A DNA stretch of 64,000 nt from an uncultured Actinomycetota bacterium (GTDB lineage Bacteria; Actinomycetota; Actinomycetes; Streptosporangiales; Streptosporangiaceae): the NCBI GenBank assembly GCA_963819285.1, contig CAWFVM010000001.1:439182-503181 (forward strand), read 5' to 3'. The position numbers and the translations under genes were made by a program. Below the pieces are notes generated by a model. The model did not search any database. It was not told the DNA's origin and saw nothing but the letters and a program-made list of their open reading frames with translations. Of the stretch, positions 8,504 to 17,157 are shown piece by piece (the stretch's first letter is position 1; every line of letters begins with the position of its first letter).

Positions 8504-10177
8504 TCAGGTGACGGTCGGGCCGGCGTATCTGGTCCGCAGGATGCGCTTGCGGCGGGCCAGCAGCAGCGACCCGAGAGATACGGTCAGGCAGGCCGCCGCG
8601 ACGCCGAGGCCGGTCACGCCGCTGTTGGTCAGCGAGAGCAGCAGCCCGAGCAGCCCGCCGATCACCCAGGACAGCTGATGCAGGGTCTCGGACGCCGCGA
8701 AGGTCGACGAACGAACGTCGGGGCTGATCTCTCGCTGCACGATCGAGTCGAGCGCCAGCTTGACCAGGGTCTGGCCGACCGCGGCGCTGAACGCGACGAT
8801 GATCGCCGCCCACAGCCCGAAGAAGGCAGCACACAGTGTAGTCACGACCGCGCTGAATGCCAGCATGATGAAGACCATGACCTGCGGTGCCCGTGAGCGC
8901 AGCGCCGCTCCTATCGCAGTGCCGATGAATCCCCCGACGGCGACAGCGGAGATCATCGAGCCGAGGGCAAGCTTGTCGGACACTGATCCGAAATGCACCG
9001 TTCGGAGCAAGAAAGCTAGGAAAAATATCATAAAACCTGAATAGGCACGCAGGGTCAGGTTAGCGCGGATCGCCTCGGTGACCACTGGCCCAATCGGCTG
9101 CGGGAACAACCGCCACCGGAACCTTCGAGTCCTCGGCAACCCCGCCCCAGGTCCCGACCCCGCCCCAGGTCCCGACCCCGCCCCAGGTCCCGACCCCGCC
9201 CCAGGTCCCGACCCCGCCCCAGGTCCCGACCCCGACCCCGACCCAGCATCATGCCCCGACCCCGACCGAAGTCCCTCGCCCGACCCGGGAACCCCGCCCA
9301 CACCAGCCCCGTCCCCGCCACCCTGCTCCTCTAGCGGCAGGGTCGCCGCGAGTTCGGCCGGCTCGTCCACGCCGTCAGGAATCCGGAAGGCGGGCACCAT
9401 GGCGGCCAGGTAGACCAGCGTTCCGACGCGCAGGACCCACGCTGCTCCGGCCGAGCCGCCGCCGGTCAGGGCGTCGATGCCGGCGGCGATCGGGACTCCT
9501 GCAGAGGTGGCGATGAGTGAGGCGAGCGCGCACCGGGAGTTGGCGGTGACCAGGGTGATCTCGGACGGCAGCAGTCGCGGCGTGACCGAGGCCCTGGTCA
9601 CCCCGTAGGCCTTCTGCAGCAGAAGCACCCCGAACGCGGCGGGCAGCAGGGTCACGGCGTCGTTGTGCTCGACGGCTCCGGCCATGCCCCAGCAGAGCAG
9701 GCCCCTGGCGAGCACCGTGCCGATCAGGATGTACCGGCGGCCGTGCCGCACCCGGTCGAGTACCGGGCCGATGAAAGGTGCGAGCAGCGCGAACGGTGCC
9801 ATCGTGATGATCAGGGCCAGCGCGACCCGCCCGCGAGCCTGCTCGACCGACGCGCTGAAAAAGAGCGTCCCGGCCAGGGCCACGGCCACGAAGCCGTCGC
9901 CGATGCTTCCTGCCGCTGACAACTCGATGAGCTGTGCGAGGCCCGTCCGTCCGGCCCCGGAAGCGTGGGTGATCTTGTGCAGCGTCCTGGTCGCCCCGTT
10001 GGCCGCGGTCGCGCCGGCCTTGGCGGCCGTGGCACCCGCCCGCGCCGTCGACCGCGACGCGGAGACGAAAGATTTGGTCGCTCGCCTGGCGCGAGTCCCG
10101 GCTCCCGAATCTTCCATGAGTTCAAGTATTGAGCCTGGGCGCCCGGATTGGCGCACCGCGGTGGCATCCCGTGGCAC
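8504..10177 (-). CDS. MFS-type transporter with low-complexity (GSGPGA)n insert in the central loop
   Basis: 557-aa ORF with hydrophobic helices throughout and MFS-like organisation in two halves. It sits in the cspB/DUF3027/DUF2530/MarR neighbourhood typical of actinobacteria. Start codon not resolved. Confidence 0.7.
   Translation of the reverse strand: MPRDATAVRQSGRPGSILELMEDSGAGTRARRATKSFVSASRSTARAGATAAKAGATAANGATRTLHKITHASGAGRTGLAQLIELSAAGSIGDGFVAVALAGTLFFSASVEQARGRVALALIITMAPFALLAPFIGPVLDRVRHGRRYILIGTVLARGLLCWGMAGAVEHNDAVTLLPAAFGVLLLQKAYGVTRASVTPRLLPSEITLVTANSRCALASLIATSAGVPIAAGIDALTGGGSAGAAWVLRVGTLVYLAAMVPAFRIPDGVDEPAELAATLPLEEQGGGDGAGVGGVPGSGEGLRSGSGHDAGSGSGSGPGAGSGPGAGSGPGAGSGPGAGSGPGAGLPRTRRFRWRLFPQPIGPVVTEAIRANLTLRAYSGFMIFFLAFLLRTVHFGSVSDKLALGSMISAVAVGGFIGTAIGAALRSRAPQVMVFIMLAFSAVVTTLCAAFFGLWAAIIVAFSAAVGQTLVKLALDSIVQREISPDVRSSTFAASETLHQLSWVIGGLLGLLLSLTNSGVTGLGVAAACLTVSLGSLLLARRKRILRTRYAGPTVT
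9140..9241. repeat. 18-bp tandem repeat x5 plus decayed units (encodes GSGPGA repeats on the minus strand)
   Basis: CCCCGCCCCAGGTCCCGA is repeated perfectly at 9140, 9158, 9176, 9194 and 9212, then CCCCGACCCCGA follows. Confidence 0.9.
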
Positions 10178-10242
10178 ATTTCTGCAGCGTTGCAGGCTGT
10201 CCGTGTGCGAGCGGTAGCTGGCATGCGGAAGAATGGGTAACT

Positions 10243-11163
10243 GTGAGCCCCACCAGCACGAGACACGCCGAGCCTGACCAGGCTTGCGCCGAAGCCATCG
10301 ACCTCGCCTGCCAGGCCGCTGAATCCGACGCGGGCGCCGGCCAGGTTGGCGAGCATGTGGGCCTCAGCGTTGAGGGCGACCGGATAGTCACGCATCTCTT
10401 TAGCTGCCTCGATCCCGCCTATGTCGGCTGGCGCTGGGCCGTGACCGTGGCTCGTGCCTCACGGTCGAAGGTGGTCACGGTCAGCGAGAGCCTGCTGCTG
10501 CCAGGACCTGATTCGCTGCTCGCACCTGACTGGGTGCCGTGGACCGAGCGAGTGCGGCCTGGCGATCTCAAGGCGGGCGATCTGATGCCCGCTAGCTCAA
10601 ACGATGAGAGACTTGTCCCGTTTGTCGCCATAGTCGGTGATGCTGGGCTGCTGGACTGGGACGATGACGACGCATGGAGCCCGGCCGCCGATGCGGTCAT
10701 CGGCGGCGTGTCAGCGGGCGATCTGCCGCTCGGCGACCTGGCCGATGAGCCGGGCGAGCCGATGCCGGTCAGGCGTCGGCTCGACGGCGCCGCGCACCCC
10801 AGACGGATCTTGTCGGCCATCGGCCGTGACGAGGCGGCGGTGCGCTGGTACGGCGGTGATCACGGGCCGCGATCACCGCTCGCGAGTGCCGCGCCGGCGT
10901 GCTGCATTACCTGCGGCTTCATGATTAGGCTGAATGGGCCGCTCGGACGAGTCTTCGGCGTCTGCGCTAATGAGTTCGCTCCCGATGACGGCGGCGTCGT
11001 CTCGGTGGATCATGGCTGCGGAGCGCACTCAGACGGTGACGTGGCTGCCGGTGATGGCAGCGAGGCGATCCCGACCGTCGATGAGCTCGGCTACGACATG
11101 CTGACCGCTGGCGCGGCGGTACCGGAGAGCGTGCTCGACAGCCTCGACCACGAGCTGCTCTGA
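10243..11163 (+). CDS. DUF3027 family protein
   Basis: The C-terminal half (CCITCGFMIRLNGPLGRVFGVCANEFAPDDGGVVSVDHGCGAHSD) matches the Cys-rich DUF3027 core. Start moved from 10129 to GTG 10243 to avoid overlap with the divergent MFS gene; start uncertain. Confidence 0.7.
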   Translation: MSPTSTRHAEPDQACAEAIDLACQAAESDAGAGQVGEHVGLSVEGDRIVTHLFSCLDPAYVGWRWAVTVARASRSKVVTVSESLLLPGPDSLLAPDWVPWTERVRPGDLKAGDLMPASSNDERLVPFVAIVGDAGLLDWDDDDAWSPAADAVIGGVSAGDLPLGDLADEPGEPMPVRRRLDGAAHPRRILSAIGRDEAAVRWYGGDHGPRSPLASAAPACCITCGFMIRLNGPLGRVFGVCANEFAPDDGGVVSVDHGCGAHSDGDVAAGDGSEAIPTVDELGYDMLTAGAAVPESVLDSLDHELL

Positions 11164-11189
11164 CGACAGGCGCCCTGACACCAGGGGGC

Positions 11190-11477
11190 TTAACCAGAGC
11201 CCTGCGCCCGTCTGGCCGCTGTCCTGGCTCTTGATCGCTTCAGGTGCGGTACGTAGAGCACGCCGAAGATCCCGAGCCCCAGACCGACCGCGCAGGTCCA
11301 GATCCACCAGCGACTCGACGCAGGCAACTGGTGCCGCAGCAGGAGCAAGATGATGAGGGCCACTGCCCAGGCGATCGTGCAGGCAGCCGCGATCAGCAGG
11401 TCATTGCCCTCAAGCGGCGGCGGGACCTCGCGCTGCTGGCTGGGCATGCGTCTCAGGCTAGCCGACGGGATGCCCAA
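11190..11477 (-). CDS. small two-TM membrane protein (DUF2530-like)
   Basis: 95 aa with two hydrophobic helices (LLIAAACTIAWAVALIILLLL and WIWTCAVGLGLGIFGVLYV). Divergent from a MarR gene, as in other actinobacteria. Confidence 0.55.
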   Translation of the reverse strand: MGIPSASLRRMPSQQREVPPPLEGNDLLIAAACTIAWAVALIILLLLRHQLPASSRWWIWTCAVGLGLGIFGVLYVPHLKRSRARTAARRAQGSG

Positions 11478-11599
11478 AGCCGGCGGCGGCGCAGCCGTCG
11501 TTGGCGTACCTTGATCGTGCCCGCGTCAGCGTGCCGTAACTGGCGGAATCATCTTGCGCCATATACGGTTAGCAAGAGTAATGAGCAGAGCTAACGAAT

Positions 11600-12070
11600 A
11601 TGACAGCACCCCAGTCCAGGTCGGACGCGGAACTGGCGACCTCGCTGCGGATCTCGGTCAGCCGGCTAGCACGTCGGATGCGAGCCGAGCGAGTCGCGCA
11701 AGGTCTGCAGCCAGAGCTATCGGACACGCAGCTCGCCGCGCTGGCAGCGCTGGAAATCCACACCGCCATGACGCCGAGCGAGCTCGCCGAGCACGAGAAG
11801 GTGCAGCCGCCCTCCATCACCAGGGTCATCGCCTCCTTGGAGGAACGAGGCCTGATTCAGCGGATGCCGCATCCAACCGACCGCCGGCAGGTAGTGCTCA
11901 GCGTGACCGATCAGGGTCGCGAAGTGGTGCGGAAGCTGCGCAAGCTGCGCGAAGCCTGGCTGGCCCGGCGGCTTCGGGAGCTGAGCCCGGCCGAACGAGC
12001 GGTGCTGCGGGAAGCGCTGCCGATCCTGGAGAAGCTCAGCCAGTCTTTACCGGCGTCCCGCACGCGGTAG
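11600..12070 (+). CDS. MarR family transcriptional regulator
   Basis: 156 aa with a winged helix (LSDTQLAALAALEIHTAMTPSELAEHEKVQPPSITRVIASLEERGLIQRMPHPTDRRQV). Confidence 0.85.
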   Translation: MTAPQSRSDAELATSLRISVSRLARRMRAERVAQGLQPELSDTQLAALAALEIHTAMTPSELAEHEKVQPPSITRVIASLEERGLIQRMPHPTDRRQVVLSVTDQGREVVRKLRKLREAWLARRLRELSPAERAVLREALPILEKLSQSLPASRTR

Positions 12071-12144
12071 AGACACTGGCCGCCAGTGCTCCGGCCGCCA
12101 GTGCTCCGGCCGCCAGCAGCTCGGCTGACGCGCGCACGCGCCGC

Positions 12145-13383
12145 ATGTTCAGTTCCCTGAAGGTGCGCAATTTCCGGCTGTTCGCGACCGGCCAGGTGAT
12201 TTCGAACACCGGCACGTGGATGCAGCGAGTTGCCCAGGACTGGCTCATCCTTGAGCTGACGCACGGCAGCGGCACCGCGGTCGGCATCGCCACCGGATTG
12301 CAGTTCCTGCCGCTGCTGCTGTTCAGCCTGTGGGGCGGAATGATCGCCGATCGCTATTCGAAGCGCAATGTGCTGCTGGTGACCCAGGCCTCGATGGGTG
12401 CCCTGGCGCTGATACTCGGAACGCTCGCCGTGACCGGCGTCGTTCGCCCCTGGCACGTCTATCTGCTGGCCTTCGGGCTCGGCCTGGCGACGGTGGTGGA
12501 CAACCCGACCAGGCAGTCCTTCGCCATCGAGATGGTCGGAAAATCCGACCTGTCTAACGCGATCGCGCTGAACAGCGCCGTCTTCAACCTGGCCAGGATC
12601 ACCGGTCCGGCGGTGGCCGGACTGGTGATCAGCCTGGTCGGCACGCCGACCACCTTCTACCTGAATGCCGCGTCCTATGTGGCGGTCATCGTCAGCCTGA
12701 AGCTGATGCGCCCGTCCGAGCTGCGCCCGGCTGAGCGCGTGGTGCGGGCCAAGGGCCAGCTTCGTGAGGGTCTGGCTTACGTGAAGTCGCGCCCTGACCT
12801 GGTCATGACCATGGCGCTGATCGGCTCCATCGCCACATTCGGCATGAACTTCGGCGTCACCACCGCGCTGATGTCGAGGGTCGTCTTCCACACCGGGGCA
12901 GGCAAGTTCGGCCTCGCTTCCGCGGTGTTCGCGCTCGGCGCGCTGATCGGGGCACTCGTCGCGGCCAAGCGGATCAAGACAGGGATGCGGCTGCTCGTCG
13001 GGACCGCGCTCGCCTTCAGCCTGCTCGAGACCGCGACCGGCCTGATGCCCACGTACTGGTCATTCCTGCTGCTGCTCGTGCCGACCGGCCTGACCGTCAT
13101 CAGCCTCAGCACAATGGCGAACGCGTCAGTCCAGCTCGGCACCCCGGCTGAGATGCGCGGTCGCGTGATGGGGATCTACATGCTGGTCTTCCTTGGCGGC
13201 GCTCCGCTTGGCGCTCCGCTGACCGGCTGGGTCGCCCAGGAGTTCGGCACCAGGGCCGCAATGGCGTCAGGCGGAGTGATCTCGGTCGCCGCGACCATCG
13301 TCGTCACGCTGCTCATCGCCCGGCGCCGGGGAGTCCCCGTGCGCAGGTACATCAAGGAGACCAGACTCCAGTTCGCCCGCTAG
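12145..13383 (+). CDS. MFS transporter (EntS/MFS_3-like)
   Basis: Track ORF 11554..13383. Start moved to ATG 12145 (MFSSLKVRNFRLFATGQVISNTGTWMQRVAQDWL), which is the usual N-terminus of this family. The upstream part overlaps MarR in another frame. Confidence 0.8.
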   Translation: MFSSLKVRNFRLFATGQVISNTGTWMQRVAQDWLILELTHGSGTAVGIATGLQFLPLLLFSLWGGMIADRYSKRNVLLVTQASMGALALILGTLAVTGVVRPWHVYLLAFGLGLATVVDNPTRQSFAIEMVGKSDLSNAIALNSAVFNLARITGPAVAGLVISLVGTPTTFYLNAASYVAVIVSLKLMRPSELRPAERVVRAKGQLREGLAYVKSRPDLVMTMALIGSIATFGMNFGVTTALMSRVVFHTGAGKFGLASAVFALGALIGALVAAKRIKTGMRLLVGTALAFSLLETATGLMPTYWSFLLLLVPTGLTVISLSTMANASVQLGTPAEMRGRVMGIYMLVFLGGAPLGAPLTGWVAQEFGTRAAMASGGVISVAATIVVTLLIARRRGVPVRRYIKETRLQFAR

Positions 13384-13552
13384 CCGTCTCAGGTGACTCA
13401 CCGCCTCAGATGACCCAATCCGCGCGCAAACCGTCCTCGATCTTTAGTTGCGCAGGCAAAGAAAACCGGGGCGAAGTTGATGAGTAGCGACAAACCACCT
13501 GGCCTGCAAGTGTGAGTTCCCTCCGAGGCGGGGCAGCTGATAGCAATGGCGG

Positions 13553-14160
13553 ATGCGACTGTTTGTGGCGCTTGATCCGCCGGACTCGGTGATCGCCGAG
13601 CTGGACGCGGCCCTTGTGCCGCTTCGGCAGGCTGGGCCGGGCTCCGCTGGGAGAGTACTGACCGCTGGCACGTTACGCTCGCGTTCCTCGGCGAGGTGGA
13701 CCCGTCCAGGCTTGACGAACTCGAGGTCAGGCTGGAACGAGCCGCGGCCAGGCACCAGCCGCAGCACTTGCGGATCGGCCAGGGCGGAGCGTTTCCTTCT
13801 GAGTCCAGGGCGCGGGTGGTCATCTCGCATGTCATCGACGATCAGCAAGGCCAGCCCGTACGATCGCGCGGGCTGGCCAGTCTCACCGGACTGGCCGGGC
13901 TGGCGGCGTCGGTGGCGGCCGGGGCCAGGCGCGCAGGTGCCCCTCCGCCGGACGAGGGCAGGCGCTACCGGCCGCATCTGACGCTGGCGCGCTCCAGGCA
14001 GCCGGCCGACGTCAGCGAGCTCCTGCGACCGCTCAGCGGCTTTGGCGGCCAGCCCTGGACGGCGACGCGGATCTGCCTGGTCAGGAGCCAGGGCGGGCCA
14101 GAGCCTCGCTACGATCAGATCAGCAGCTGGCCCCTGGGGCACGACGAGCGGCCACAGTAA
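13553..14160 (+). pseudogene. thpR: RNA 2',3'-cyclic phosphodiesterase (2H family), one -1 shift
   Basis: MRLFVALDPP... in ORF 13553..13981 continues as ...RWHVTLAFLGEV...HLTLAR... in the frame of ORF 13696..14160, giving the two H-x-T-x motifs. The frames join near 13641 in a G/C run. Confidence 0.75.
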
Positions 14161-14208
14161 GCCAGCCACAGTGAGCCAGCCACAGTGAGCCAGCCGGAGT
14201 GAGCCAGC
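14153..14208. repeat. 14-bp tandem repeat x4 overlapping the thpR stop codon
   Basis: CACAGTAAGCCAGC, CACAGTGAGCCAGC, CACAGTGAGCCAGC and CGGAGTGAGCCAGC lie between the convergent thpR and citA genes. Confidence 0.8.
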
Positions 14209-14211
14209 CGG

Positions 14212-15321
14212 CTACACCTCCAGGTCGAGTACGTCAGCCACGCCAGGCACCTCGCGGACCGACCTGGCCGCCGGGCCGACGTACCTGGCACTCGGCCTGA
14301 CCAGCCGGCCGGTCCGCTTCTGCTCCAGGATGTGAGCGGCCCACCCCGCCGTACGGGCGCAGGTGAACATAGAGGTGAACATGTGCGGCGCGACCTCGGC
14401 GAAGTCGAGCACGATCGCGGCCCAGAACTCCACATTGGTCGCGAGCACCCGGTCCGGCCGGCGGGCGTGCAGTTCGTCGAGCGCTGCCTTCTCCAGCGCG
14501 GCCGCGACCTCATAGCGCGGCGCGCCCAGGTCCCTGGCGGTACGGCGCAGTACCCGGGCTCGCGGATCCTCGGCCCGGTAGACCCGGTGCCCGAATCCCA
14601 TCAGGCGCTCGCCATTGTCGAGTGCCTGCCTGACGTACGTCTCGGCGTCGCCGGTTCGCTCGACTTCCTCGATCATGTGCAGCACCCGGGCCGGCGCGCC
14701 GCCGTGCAGCGGGCCTGACATCGCGCCGACGGCGCCGGACAGGGCGGCGGCCACGTCGGCTCCGGTGGAGGCGATCACGCGGGCGGTGAACGTGGACGCG
14801 TTCATGCCGTGCTCGGCCGCCGAGGTCCAGTACGAGTCGATCGCCTTGACGTGCCTCGGATCAGGCTCGCCGCGCCAGCGGATCATGAATCGCTCGGTGA
14901 TCGTCTTGGCCTCGTCGACCCGGCTCTGCGGCACCATCGGCAGGCCAGGGCCGCGGGCGGCCTGAGCCACGAAGGACAGCGCCATCACGGACGCCCTGGC
15001 GAGGTCATCGCGGGCCTGCTCATCGCTGATGTCGAGCAGCTGGTGCATGCCCCAGGCCGGCGCGAGCATCGCCAGCGCGCTCTGCACATCGACCCTGATG
15101 TCGCCGGAGTGCACGGGAATCGGGTACGGCTCGGCGGGCGGCAGGCCAGGCTCGAACGCGTTGTCCACCAGCAGGCCCCAGACGTGCCCGTAGGTCACAT
15201 GTCCTACCAGCTCCTCGATGTCCACGCCCCGGTACCTGAGCGCGCCGCCTTCCTTGTCCGGCTCGGCGATCTCAGTCTCGAAGGCCACAACACCCTCAAG
15301 GCCAGGCGTGAAGTCGGACAT
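14212..15321 (-). CDS. citA: citrate synthase (type 2, CitA-like)
   Basis: 369 aa, intact. MSDFTPGLEGVVAFETEIAEPD..., GMNASTFTARVIASTGAD, GAMSGPLHGGAP, GFGHRVY. Confidence 0.9.
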   Translation of the reverse strand: MSDFTPGLEGVVAFETEIAEPDKEGGALRYRGVDIEELVGHVTYGHVWGLLVDNAFEPGLPPAEPYPIPVHSGDIRVDVQSALAMLAPAWGMHQLLDISDEQARDDLARASVMALSFVAQAARGPGLPMVPQSRVDEAKTITERFMIRWRGEPDPRHVKAIDSYWTSAAEHGMNASTFTARVIASTGADVAAALSGAVGAMSGPLHGGAPARVLHMIEEVERTGDAETYVRQALDNGERLMGFGHRVYRAEDPRARVLRRTARDLGAPRYEVAAALEKAALDELHARRPDRVLATNVEFWAAIVLDFAEVAPHMFTSMFTCARTAGWAAHILEQKRTGRLVRPSARYVGPAARSVREVPGVADVLDLEV

Positions 15322-15471
15322 CTTCCTCTTCCTTCGCTGGCCGCGCCATCAGGGGCCGGCAACCCGGCCAACCGCCGTTTAGCTTACGACCCTTTCGTTA
15401 GCTCCACACGGCCGGCTACCGATCTCATCCGGGTGCGTGCAAGACGCGTGGCTGTGTGAAGATCTGTACCC

Positions 15472-16114
15472 ATGGGGCTGGTGAGCAGATGCGGCAGGCT
15501 GGCCGTCCGAGGGCTTGATGAGGCGATGCTCGCGGCCGACCCGGACGAGCAGTTTGACCGGTGGATGGCCGACGTGGTCAGCGCCGGATTGCCGGAGCCG
15601 ACGGCGATGGTGCTCGCCACCGTCTCCGCCGCCGGCCAGCCGCGGGCAAGGACGGTGCTGCTCAAGGGCCACGACGCGACTGGCTTCACGTTCTTCACCA
15701 ACCGGACGTCGAGGAAGGGCACCGACCTGGACGAGGTGCCCCGCGCGTGCCTGCTCTTCGGCTGGCACGCCGATCCACCGCCAGGTGATCGTCGAGGGCA
15801 CCGGTCGAGCCAGGTTGGCCATGCGGACAGCGAGGCCTATTTCCACAGCAGGCCGCGCGGCGTCGCAGCTCGCCGCCTGGGCGAGCAGGCAGTCCACCGT
15901 GATCGGTCGCGGGCAGGTGCTTGAGTCCCGCTACGCGCGGCTGGAGCAGCGCTGGCCGGACGGGGCCGACGTGCCGCTGCCGGAGTTCTGGGGCGGCTAC
16001 CTGGTCACGCCGCAGATCTTCGAGTTCTGGCATGGCCGGGCCAACCGGATGCACGACCGGTTGCGTTATCGCAGGTCGGCCGAAGGCTGGGAAATCGAGC
16101 GGCTGGCGCCCTGA
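15472..16114 (+). pseudogene. pdxH: pyridoxamine 5'-phosphate oxidase, at least 3 frame shifts
   Basis: The PdxH sequence alternates between the frames of ORFs 15472..15924 and 15515..16114: ...PTAMVLATV..ARTVLLKG..FTFFTN..SRKG / IHRQVIVEG / VGHADSEAYFHSRPRG / SQLAAWASRQS...FWHGRANRMHDRLRY. Shifts are near 15771, 15803-15810 and 15861. Confidence 0.85.
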
Positions 16115-16268
16115 TCGCACTCCGGTCCACTGCCGCCAGTTCGCCGCCAGCGGCTCCTCAGCGTCCTTAGAGCACCCCTGGGGGCCCGTTTCGGCTAAAG
16201 ATGCGTTTACGGTGGGTACGCGGCAGTGCACGGAAGCCGTAGCATCGGTATCCCGAAGGGAGGTTGCG

Positions 16269-17084
16269 GTGGCGACGCACGGCCTGATCGACACGACGGA
16301 GATGTACCTGCGTACGGTCTTTGAGCTGACCGAGGAAGGCGTCGTGCCGCTGCGCGCGCGGATTGCCGAGCGACTGTCCCAGAGCGGGCCCACGGTCAGC
16401 GAGACCGTCGCCAGGATGGAGCGCGACGGCCTGCTCCTCGTCGAGCGGGACCGGCGGCTCGCGCTGACGACCGAGGGTGAGGCGCTCGCGACGAGGGTCA
16501 TGCGCAAGCACAGGCTGGCCGAGTGCCTGCTGGTGGACGTGATCGGGCTGCCCTGGGAAGAGGTCCATATCGAGGCCTGCCGCTGGGAGCACGTCATTTC
16601 CGACAGCGTGGAGCGCGAGCTCGCTGAGCTGCTCCATTTTCCTGTGCGCTGCCCGCATGGCAATGTCATTCCCGGCCTGGCGGAGCTCGGGGTCCCTGAG
16701 GCCGCCGTAGACGGCGCTAATGCGGCAGCGCACGAGCCCGACGTGGCAATGACCGCCATAACGGAGGCGGTGCCCGCGCACGTAGTCGTTCAGCGGATCA
16801 GTGAACAACTCCAAAGCGATGCGGCGCTAATGCTTAAACTCAAGAACATCGGGATACAACCCGGCCGCGAGGTTACGCTTGTGGTCGGCAGCGACGATGT
16901 GCGGGTGACAGGTGCGGGCAGGGTCGGCGGCCACGGAGCGGCATTGTCGCTCGAGGTGGCGGCGCACCTGTTTGTAGCGGAACGTGCGGAACACGCGGAA
17001 TATCTGAAATCTCGCGAAGCTCACGAAGCTCACAAAGCTCGCGAAATACCAGTAATCCCCGAAATCGACATGAATGCCTGGTAG
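16269..17084 (+). CDS. DtxR/IdeR/SirR-family metal-dependent regulator with FeoA/SH3-like domain and His/Glu-rich tail
   Basis: Track ORF 15921..17084. Start moved to GTG 16269, after GGGAGG. Motifs: LIDTTEMYLRTVFEL, GPTVSETVARMERDGLL, RKHRLAECLLVDV...WEEVHIEACRWEHV. The tail ERAEHAEYLKSREAHEAHKARE is encoded by 9-bp repeats. Confidence 0.85.
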   Translation: MATHGLIDTTEMYLRTVFELTEEGVVPLRARIAERLSQSGPTVSETVARMERDGLLLVERDRRLALTTEGEALATRVMRKHRLAECLLVDVIGLPWEEVHIEACRWEHVISDSVERELAELLHFPVRCPHGNVIPGLAELGVPEAAVDGANAAAHEPDVAMTAITEAVPAHVVVQRISEQLQSDAALMLKLKNIGIQPGREVTLVVGSDDVRVTGAGRVGGHGAALSLEVAAHLFVAERAEHAEYLKSREAHEAHKAREIPVIPEIDMNAW

Positions 17085-17157
17085 AGGTCTATGAACGCAG
17101 ACGGCAATGCGGCTACGCAGGCCCGCGGTCCGGCATCGCCGGTACGGGTGCAGCCGT

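Noticed and set aside
11554-12144. 197-codon N-terminal extension of the MFS gene (track ORF 11554..13383)
   Set aside because: It overlaps the well-supported MarR gene in another frame. The family-typical N-terminus begins at ATG 12145.
15921-16268. N-terminal extension of the DtxR-family gene (track ORF 15921..17084)
   Set aside because: It overlaps the pdxH 3' end and is low-complexity. A GTG with a good RBS at 16269 gives the canonical DtxR N-terminus.
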